DNA from: Octopus sinensis
Taxonomy: Eukaryota
Length of the DNA: 47,874 nucleotides
Direction of reading: 5' to 3'
Assembly: GCF_006345805.1 (NCBI RefSeq)
Contig: NW_021834510.1
Span: 1 to 47,874, forward strand
Shown: positions 39,501 through 47,874 of the stretch, in pieces
How the letters are laid out: every line of letters begins with the position of its first letter
Position numbering within the stretch: the first letter of the stretch is position 1
The notes under the pieces: model-generated
Seen by the model: only the letters and a program-made list of their open reading frames with translations
The model's database searches: none
What the model was told of the DNA's origin: nothing
Position numbers and translations under genes: made by a program

Positions 39501-40014
39501 TATCCGTGATCCATGGAGGATTTTCGACGATTGATTAAAAGATGCTGCCAAAAGGATATGATGTGTTAGTCAACGGCTGTTTGAATCAATGTTAAGCTTT
39601 TGCTTCCGTATTCTTCACTTTAGGCGCTTAATATCATTAATGATGCGGAGATTCCCTGAGATTAACGGCTTTGGGGTTTCAATCTCAAGACACCGGGTCA
39701 TCTAATCCTCTATCCGAAAGTTTGGTATAAGGAATATCACAGCAATGTTGTTAATGCATGTAGAACGATCAGCGAAACAGATATTATTTAATCCGAAAGA
39801 TTATTTTCTAGTTTCTTATTCTCTGCTACAACCCAAACGACAGAATATATTTACTCACATTTCTCGCATTCCTCTGCCACGCGTGTAGCGTTATTCATCT
39901 GGTAATGGAGAAATTATCAGCTTATTTATAGTAATTTTGCTTAACTGCTTTCTAATGTTCTCTGATTTTTATAACCGAGTAGGAAAATTTTTCTTGACAA
40001 AACTGCACTTTAAT

Positions 40015-40213
40015 ATCTCTTTTACTTGTTTCAGTCATTTGACTGCGGTCATCCTGGAGCACCGCCTTTAATCGAGCAAATCGACCCAAGGACTTATTAT
40101 TTGTAAGCCTTGTACTTATTCTATCGGTCTCTTATGCCGAACCTCTAAGTTACGTGGACGTAAACACAACAGTATCGGCTGTCAAGCGATGTTTGGACAA
40201 CACAGACATACAA

Positions 40214-40258
<45 letters not shown>

Positions 40259-40270
40259 CTATATATATGT

Positions 40271-40335
<65 letters not shown>

Positions 40336-40497
40336 CGACGTGTTTCTTTCAGTTTCCGTCTACCAAATCCACTCACAGGGCTTTATTCGGCCCGAGGCTA
40401 TAGTAGAAAACAATTGCCCAACGTGCAACGCAGTGGGACTGAACCCGGAACCATGTGGTTGGTAAGCAAGCTTCTTACCCCACAGCCACTCGGGCAC
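40015..40497 (-). mobile_element. SINE family C, full-length with internal (CA)/(TA) microsatellite
   Basis: Head GTGGCTGTGGGGTAAGAAGCTTGCTT..GGTTCCGGGTTCAGTCCCACTGCG (A/B-box-like), then the microsatellite and the standard 3' body. Confidence 0.9.
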
Positions 40498-40661
40498 CTA
40501 TAATCTTTAACAGGATTCAAGCACTCTTTCATATCCATCATATTTTTGTAATACACACCATGAAATATATATGACGTATATTTGACACAATATATATGCT
40601 ATGGCATATATATACGACATCCATTTGACAAAAATATATATGCCATATATATATGAGTTAT

Positions 40662-40965
40662 GGAGGCGCAATGGCCTAGTGTTTAGGGCAGCGGACTCGC
40701 GGTTTCGATTCCCAGACCGGGCGTTGTGTGTGTTTATTGAGCGAAAACACCTAAAGCTCCACGATCTCCGGCAGAGTGTGGTGGCGACTCCTGTTGTACT
40801 CTTTCGCCCCAAATTTCTATCACTCTTTCTTCCTGTTTCTGGAGTAACGCTGCGATGGACTTGCGTCCCGTACAGCTGGTGGGAACACATACGCCACAGA
40901 AACCGGGAAACCGGGCCTATGAGCCTGGCTAGGCTTGAAAAGGGTGCATAAATAAATAAAAAATA
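40662..40965 (+). mobile_element. tRNA-derived SINE family D with a V-domain-like segment
   Basis: GGCGCAATGGCCTAGTG.TTAGGGCAGCGGACTCGCGGTTTCGATTCCC head; CTGCGATGGAC.TGCGTCCCGT.CAG segment; AATAAATAAA tail. Confidence 0.8.
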
Positions 40966-41107
40966 ACTAGCGGTTCGGCAAAAGAGACCAATAGAATAAG
41001 TACTGGGCTTACAAAGAATAAGTCCCGGGGTCGATTTGCTCGACTAAAGGCCGTGCTCCAGCATGGCCGCAGTCAAATGACTGAAACAAGTAAAAGAGTA
41101 AAAGAGT
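40966..41107 (+). mobile_element. SINE family C 3' half
   Basis: AGCGGTTCGGCAAAAGAGACCAATAGAATAAGTAC..CAGTCAAATGACTGAAACAAGTAAAAGAGTAAAAGAGTA. Confidence 0.9.
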
Positions 41108-41244
41108 ATTACCTATATTTCACAAAATATACGTCATATACATGTCCTATATAAGAAATATACATTTATATCATATATGACAAAATAAGCTGTTAAATTT
41201 CATTTGATAACGATGTTAGGCTGGTGTTCTGTTTTCATGTGCGT

Positions 41245-41482
41245 CAATCATTGTAAGCCTAGTACATATTCTATCGGTTTCTTTTGCCGAACCGCTAAGT
41301 TACGGGGACGTAAACACACAAGTATCTGTTGTCAAGCCATGTTGGTGGAGGTTAAACACGCACACGCACATATATACAACGGGCTTCTTTCAGTTTCCGT
41401 TTACCAAATCCACTTACAAGATTTTGGTCAGCCCGAGGCTATAGTAGAATACACTTGCCCAAAGTGCCATATAGTGGGACTG
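41245..41482 (-). mobile_element. SINE family C internal fragment
   Basis: GTAAGCCTAGTAC..GCCGAACCGCTAAGTTACGGGGACGTAAAC..CTTTCAGTTTCCGT.TACCAAATCCAC..GAGGCTATAGTAGAA. Confidence 0.85.
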
Positions 41483-42359
41483 TCAACAGAAAGATAATTA
41501 TTAATGGGTGTATTCTAGAAGTGTTTTTAACACAGAAATTATCTCTTGTAATATATTCCTAAGCATGTATCGCAACTATTCATATTTTATCGAGTATTAT
41601 TACTCTTAGTATAACCGTTTATGGAAAGGATATTGAATCATAAATGTCGACGTTCAAACTTAGAGCGATATAACATATTAGCAGACGACCGTACATCACG
41701 TGGCATAAGCAATGCAATGCTTCGCTCACAATGTGTCTCTTTGGAATATTACCGTTTAACGTTATTTGTGCAAAGCCCTTACGTTTGGGAATGAAAGGCA
41801 ACCAGTAGAATATCTACTGTGTCCAGCGTGTCTCGTGAAACAATTACGGGACGTAAGTGAGGGCTTTACATTAGTATGTGCATTCTAATTTGAAAGCCCT
41901 TTAGGGAGGAATACGTGGCTGTTTCATAGCAATTACAAAAGTGATTAGTGAGTAGTTAACTCCGAAGAATAATTATGTGAATTCACATACGTATGTATTT
42001 ACAGATGTACGCATGTGTATATACGTACATGTGTGTATGTGTATGTGTGTGTCTATGTGTGTGAATGCTTATATATGTATATATGAATTATTGGACTTTC
42101 GGGAGTCTATGAAAGTATTATAAAGCGAAATGGAAAAGAAGCGTAGTACAGTCTGACGAAAGCAATAAGGCCGTCGAGAATTCGCTGAATCTAAGATTAG
42201 TAGGACAGAGCTACAAGGTGGTCGATAGTTTGCCAGTTGGTCTGAAGTACAAATTCAGACCTATCAGAGACACTGACACACAGAAGCGTATAAATATATA
42301 TAGGTATATGTATGTATGTATATAATGTATGTATGTAGGTATGTATGTATGTAGGTATG

Positions 42360-42409
<50 letters not shown>

Positions 42410-42465
42410 CTATATATATATATATATATATATATAAATATATATATATATTATATATATATAAT

Positions 42466-42501
<36 letters not shown>

Positions 42502-42534
42502 CCAAGAAAAAAAACAACAAGAATGGATTAGTAG

Positions 42535-42624
42535 TTTAGTACAATTGTTTTCATACTGAGAACAATTTTATTTGAAGCTGCAAATATTGTAGCAAATACA
42601 AATGTCCAGTATTCATCAGCTAAA
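42535..42624 (-). ncRNA. Type I hammerhead with extended stem II (left arm; one extra A in the GAAA box)
   Basis: Minus strand UUUAG-CUGAUGA-AUAC...GUAU-GAAAA-CAAUUGU-A-CUAAA. Confidence 0.65.
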
Positions 42625-42796
42625 TCACATATATGTTTTCCAGACATCCTAGAGGGTTTGATTATCCTCATGAAGTATTAGGAGTGAGTTCTATGAAGTC
42701 TGCTCATAATTTGACTGTAAATGTCATAGAACTCACTCCTAATACTTCATGAGGATAATCAAAACCTTCAAGGATGTCTGGAAAATATATATGTGA

Positions 42797-42885
42797 TTTA
42801 GCTGATGAATACTGGACATTTGTATTTGCTGCAATATTTGCAGCTTCAAATAAAATTGCTCTTAGTATGAAACAATTGTACTAAA
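42797..42885 (+). ncRNA. Type I hammerhead with extended stem II (right arm; canonical core)
   Basis: UUUAG-CUGAUGA-AUAC(60-nt region incl. GCUGCA-AUAUU-UGCAGC hairpin)GUAU-GAA-ACAAUUGU-A-CUAAA. Confidence 0.85.
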
Positions 42886-43141
42886 CTACTAATCCATTCT
42901 TGTTGCTTTTTTCTTGGTTATAATCACCCCACATTATTTTATGGTTAATACCATAAAGATTCTGGTGCATCTAAGTTAAGCACCATATTCATTTGAATTC
43001 ATTGGAATTCACTTGAATCTTTAATTGTTTTTGCTGAATATATATATATATATTATATATATATATATATATTTATATTTTTCATTGATAATTTTATTAT
43101 TTTAAACTATATTTAAAATATTGATATTTTAGATCGGAAAT

Positions 43142-43186
43142 CCACCTGACGAATGTCACTTGAAGACATGAACAACAATGTAGTGG
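43142..43186 (+). ncRNA. Type I hammerhead, one core A missing
   Basis: CCAC-CUGACGA-AUGUC(ACUUGAA)GACAU-GAA-[A absent]CA(ACAA)UG-U-A-GUGG. Confidence 0.6.
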
Positions 43187-43402
43187 CGGTTTATTTACTT
43201 TATATTAAAATTTTTATGTATGATTAAGTCTTTCCTTGTTTTTTGCAAAATAGTGGTTTTGTCTCGAATTAATATTATATATATATATATATATAATTAT
43301 GTGAAATAGAGTGAAACAGTTCGCCATGGGCTCTTAGGAGCACAGTTCGATTTGTTTTTTGCTCTGCCTCTGTTCTGTTTTTGTTTTTCCAACGGATTTC
43401 CT

Positions 43403-43492
43403 TTTTCTTCCTGAAGAGAAAAGACACAATATGGTCCCATTATTCAATCGGATTTGGTAATTTGTGCCTTTCGAAACACGTGTAGAATGAAA
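43403..43492 (+). ncRNA. Type I hammerhead with extended stem II (different primary sequence)
   Basis: UUUUCUUC-CUGAAGA-GAAAAGACACAA(..)UUGUGCCUUUC-GAA-ACACGUGU-A-GAAUGAAA; stem II region 55 nt; palindromic stem III; GUA triplet. Confidence 0.82.
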
Positions 43493-43679
43493 TAAAACGA
43501 TTTCTGTTCAATCTGCGTTCAGCTCCATTTCTTCAATTCACCAATAATGTTTTATATATATAATATATATATAGATATATATATATATAATAAATTTAAT
43601 ACAAACATGAAAACGCAAGAACGTGAGGACGTGGAATAAGTATAGTGTTATTGGACGCTAAGGAAAGAAAAAAAGGAGG

Positions 43680-43714
43680 GTTTAGTGTTTCGAGCGGAGC
43701 TCTTCATCAGAAAC
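43680..43714 (-). ncRNA. Minimal type I hammerhead-like motif (degenerate stem III/I)
   Basis: Minus strand GUUU-CUGAUGA-A-GAGC(UCC)GCUC-GAA-ACACU-A-AACC. Confidence 0.55.
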
Positions 43715-43780
43715 ATAGGAAAAGGAAAGATCCAAGGATGGGAAAATGGAGGAAAAAATCGCCAACGATACACATATATA

Positions 43781-44479
43781 AAGTTAAATTTTCTGGTAAA
43801 GTATGTTCTTAAGTATTCGGATTGTATTAAAAAGTGCTCATTGCGAGCTAAATGAAGGATAAGGGAAATATTAGGAGAAAATTCTGTAATCATTAGAAAT
43901 TCACAGCATAGTTTTAAACACACGACCAAATAAATATGCAAATAAATTTATAAATTAGTGAATAGAATTATATGTAAAGGCCATATGTGAAAACTGCATC
44001 ATGTTCGTTGGGTTCAGGTACCGAGTTGAGGAGTGGCAAATAAAGAGATAAAAATTCGAGGTAAGGGCTTCCAAAACGAACTTTTCGAATCAATCAAGAA
44101 TTTAATGGTACGAAATGTCGGATGAGAAATGTTTGACATTTCGTATAAACATCAAATTTTTAATTGATTCTAACAGTTCGTTTTGGAAGCCCTTACCTCG
44201 AATTTTTATCTCTTTATTTGTCACTCCTTAATGCGGTACGTGAACTCAACGAACAATATGCATAGTTTTCACATATGAGTTTTACATGTCATTCTGTTCA
44301 CTCATTTATAAATTTATATGCATATTTATTTAGTTGTGTGTTTAAGATTATGCTGTAAATTTCTATTGATTGCCTGGATTTGCTCCTTCTAAAATTTCCC
44401 TAATCCTTCGATTTAGCTCGCAATGAGGACTTCTTAATACGGTCCGAATACTTAAAAACATACTTTATAAGAAAATCTA

Positions 44480-44483
<4 letters not shown>
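43781..44483. mobile_element. ~700-bp foldback/MITE-like element with TA flanks
   Basis: Arms 43781-44119 and 44135-44483 are imperfect reverse complements (e.g. ATAAAGAGATAAAAATTCGAGGTAAGGGCTTCCAAAACGAACT / AGTTCGTTTTGGAAGCCCTTACCTCGAATTTTTATCTCTTTAT); 15-nt loop; TA on both sides. Confidence 0.8.
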
Positions 44484-44553
<70 letters not shown>

Positions 44554-44569
44554 TATCAAAAGCAATATG

Positions 44570-45050
44570 CAACTGAAATCATTGAATAAAATACTAACCG
44601 GTGCAAGACGATATCCCTTCACAACGGTACCAAAAGTGGAAAAATGCATGCGCATTAACTGTTGCACATGACCCTACCTTTTGGAGGGTACAGAATTTCA
44701 CTTCAAATAAGGTAAAATATTTAAGATCAAATTTTACTTCTGCCTCTGTAAACTTAATCTATGTTATTACCTGCTTAGGTTGTGGAAACCACTATATAGG
44801 CTAAACACGAATGTCCCCCAGACGAAGAACAACACTTCACAGAGAAGAAAGCCGCTTCCCACAATATAGACATATACAAGTCAATAAGCAAATACAGAGA
44901 TGTGCTAGGAACCTTAAACCAAACTTCATAATGTTTCTATCAATGTTCCCAGGACACCTCAGTGCAGCAAAGACTAAATAAAGAGGCAACTTACTTTGAT
45001 AAATATCAACCACAACATAACATGAACACACAACTTAATACAGGACGGTA
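44570..45050 (+). mobile_element. Penelope-like element GIY-YIG endonuclease fragment, degenerate
   Basis: SNFTSASVNLIYVITCLGCGNHYIG*TRMSPRRRTTLH..PQYRHIQVNKQIQRC.. matches the PLE N(L/V)IY.I.C..C...YIG.T....R...H motif. Confidence 0.85.
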
Positions 45051-45228
45051 CTAACCCAACAAATACCAGTAATCCCACCAATCTTTACACATCCCATATA
45101 CCATTCATATTCTATAAATCATATCACCCCTAATTGCCTCACTTTCAGGACTGCTTAACTCCCTTGAACGTAATATTTTCACTCAGGTGCTATCAAATCC
45201 AACATCGTTTGGAAATCGGTGGTGATTC

Positions 45229-45267
45229 AAAGACACTGAATAGCGATTACGAAAGCAGTATGACTTT
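45229..45267 (+). ncRNA. Decayed minimal hammerhead-like motif downstream of the PLE endonuclease
   Basis: AAAGACA-CUGAAUA-GCGAUUAC-GAA-AGCAGU-A-UGACUUU: G8 is mutated and stem I has one mismatch. Confidence 0.35.
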
Positions 45268-45466
45268 CAATATTGAGTCATATTAATGATCTTTATACTT
45301 CTCAATTCGATCTAAAATCATATATTTGTGTGTATATATCTGTTATTTTTTATATATAAAGCAACAAGCCATTACTTTTATCCCTAGTGCGTGGTTGAGT
45401 TATTTTTAAAACTTTTTCCCTATTTATACGACGTGTAGTCTTTTTTCTTTGAAACCTGTCTCTATC

Positions 45467-45525
<59 letters not shown>

Positions 45526-45537
45526 ATACATACATAT

Positions 45538-45577
<40 letters not shown>

Positions 45578-45640
45578 GTATATATATAGATAGATAGTAT
45601 ATATACGGATATATGTGTATATGTATACACACACACATAA

Positions 45641-45678
<38 letters not shown>

Positions 45679-45852
45679 ATTGTCCCTTGACGGTGAACTA
45701 CTATTATTATTCCTGCGGATGACTGAGTTATAAGCAATACATACTTATATATACCTACACACTCACACACACACACATGCATATACACTCATATATACGT
45801 ACCTCTTATATTAACGCATAACTACTCACACTCACGCATACACACACATATG

Positions 45853-45896
<44 letters not shown>

Positions 45897-46389
45897 CTAT
45901 ATGTAAGTATATGTATATATATATAGTATATATTATATAATATATATATATGCATGTATCTATATGTATGCCTATGTATATATATAATATATATATACGA
46001 ATCAGTTCGAACTTGTATTCTAATATAAATTATCTTTGTTTTCTTCCCGTCTCTTGATTATTCCATTACCGTTATCAATTCTTCTGGAAATATCTTACCA
46101 ATGATGTTAACAAATGATGCAATTTTCGCAATTTCTTTCATTTACCGTTTTTGTTTTACCATTCTGCTTAATGGAATGAATGAATTCTTCTTATGTATTC
46201 ACGATTAATTTATCAAATACCGTTATTTTTTTTCTTTGGGGGGAGGGTGATTGTATTTATGCTGTTCTTCAGGGTGTTGTTGTTTTTTTCTTTTTTGGTA
46301 GGGCTTTTTGTTCTTCTTCCTGTTTTTGCTGTCTGCATTATATTTTACTTGTCTTTACAATATTTATTTATATTTAGCTATTGTTATAA

Positions 46390-46494
46390 TTATCATTCTT
46401 CTTTTTCTCCTCCTCCTCCTTCTACTTCTTCTTCTTCTCGTTATTGTCGTCGTCAACATATGTATCATCATCACCACCATCATCGTAGTCGTTG

Positions 46495-46527
<33 letters not shown>

Positions 46528-46700
46528 ACATCGCCATCATCACTATTATTATTATTATTATCATTATTATTATTATTATCGTTGTTGTTGTCTTCTCTAT
46601 CATCATCATCATCTTAGTCATCGTCGTCGTCTCCCTCATCTTCATCATCATCATCACCATCATCATCGTCGCCATTATTAATACTGTTAGGATTATTATT
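46390..46700. repeat. (CCT)/(CAT)n/(TAT)n microsatellite region
   Basis: Direct reading. Confidence 0.92.
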
Positions 46701-46894
46701 ATCCTTATATTTTTTTCAGAATTTCTCCATTACGGACTTCAACATCACACAGGCAGAGAGTAGTCTGCCTTAAGTATAACCAAGCAATGCAATCTACACT
46801 ATTTTCTTTGCACTCTAATGCACTGACAATGCACCAGAAAGCGTATGTTCAACAACTTGCAATGCTATATGTTGTGTATATATGTATATATATA

Positions 46895-46939
<45 letters not shown>

Positions 46940-46969
46940 AAAATACGCAACAAGAATATCCAGAGGTAA

Positions 46970-47057
46970 TGCAGTACGATCGTTTTATGCGACTCCATTT
47001 AATAGATCAATGCAAATATTACATCGGTTTTAAAATGTAGAGTAATCTTCAACTGCA
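46970..47057 (-). ncRNA. Extended-stem-II hammerhead, decayed (C3U, G12A)
   Basis: Minus strand UGCAG-UUGAAGA-(59 nt; ACUC..CAUUU/AAAUG-GAGU)-AAA-ACGAUCGU-A-CUGCA, followed by ..AUUCUUGUUGC as in the 35 and 42 kb copies. Confidence 0.65.
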
Positions 47058-47097
47058 TAAAAATATAGCATTTAATTAAGTTTGAAGAATTCATTTG

Positions 47098-47164
47098 TAT
47101 AGTTCGAAACCGCGATCCTATGACCGCAAGTCCGCTGCCCTAACCACTGGGCCATTGCGCCTCC
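47098..47164 (-). mobile_element. SINE family D tRNA-like head
   Basis: Reverse complement GGAGGCGCAATGGCCCAGTGGTTAGGGCAGCGGACTTGCGGTCATAGGATCGCGGTTTCGA matches the head at 40662. Confidence 0.8.
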
Positions 47165-47874
47165 ACAACTCTGTCAGTATGACATTCATATATGCATGTG
47201 TGTCTGTGTGTTTCGTTTTGTCTGATTGCGTCTATGAAAGCGTGTGTGAATGTGTATACGTCGTGGGTTTTTGGTCATCTCTTTGTCTACATCTGCTCAG
47301 TTTGCCAAAGTGCATATTAATATATCTGTGGTTCTCTCTTGCAATTCACATTGTGAATGTCATGTTCCAGACAGATGTACTTGCAATGTTGTTATCATTA
47401 CTATCATCATCATCATCATCGTCGTTGTTGCTTTTGGTGGTGGTGTTGTTATTGGCATTCACAATTGACAAAACAGATATTGTTACCCTGTCTCTCTTTC
47501 TGCAGACTTTTCACGAGGAATACTCGTAAACAAGTAATTTCTGAAGCTTTGGAGTTTATCCATAAAACAAAGCCTACCAATAAAAAGTTGGAAATTTTAT
47601 TTCTATTTCTAGAGAGATTATTTTTATCGTTGGCGCTATGCATATCATAATACACAGATATTCCCAAAATACAAATGGCTTCGCATATTTTCAGCCCCGC
47701 TCGCAATAGTTAAACAAAATAAAGTGTGCAAAATAATACATTGCACACACACACACACATACACATACACACACACACACACGCACACGCACATATAAAG
47801 CAGAAGAGCCAGCTGAATTAATTACAAGATAAAGGTGCATGAGAAGGAACGGCGAAGGGAACCTTTTTCTTCAG

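Larger units (their letters stand above)
42501..43035. mobile_element. Foldback element: ~195-bp inverted arms (42501-42696, 42724-42918), 27-bp spacer, 3' extension; one HHR per arm
   Basis: Arms read directly as reverse complements; flanked by (TA)n on both sides; same family as 35321-35620. Confidence 0.85.

Noticed and set aside
40662-40712. tRNA gene calls for tRNA-like heads (also 40430-40490 and 47098-47164)
   Set aside because: The cloverleafs are incomplete and they continue into SINE bodies.

Overview
AT-rich eukaryotic intergenic/intronic DNA, saturated with microsatellites. The SINE families and repeat landscape point to an octopus genome (inferred from family resemblance, not a database match). 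No intact host gene, rRNA, true tRNA or CRISPR array is supported, and almost all ORF-track entries are microsatellite translations. Real coding remnants are all retroelements: a near-full-length, frameshifted Tx1-clade LINE (about 15957-21830) sitting between (CTAT)n tracts, two Penelope-like element (PLE) RT/GIY-YIG fragments, R4/Dong-type fragments, and an RTE 3' end with a twin-priming inversion. There are also many tRNA-derived SINEs and a 700-bp foldback element. The main unexplained signal is a dense set of type I hammerhead ribozyme (HHR) motifs found by manual reading. (i) An architecture with a 55-60 nt extended stem II and an 8-nt palindromic stem III recurs with compensatory changes at 14.0, 42.5, 42.8, 43.4 and 47.0 kb, with half copies at 35.3-35.5 kb. 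(ii) A canonical HHR lies inside a 463-bp unit with 198-bp direct repeats at 25.3-26.0 kb. (iii) A 283-bp x 4.7 tandem array has an HHR-like motif in each unit at 26.7-28.0 kb. (iv) Minimal or decayed HHRs occur at 29.7, 43.1, 43.7 and 45.2 kb. Together these suggest a PLE/retrozyme-like self-cleaving RNA system. All folds are by eye and none is experimentally tested.
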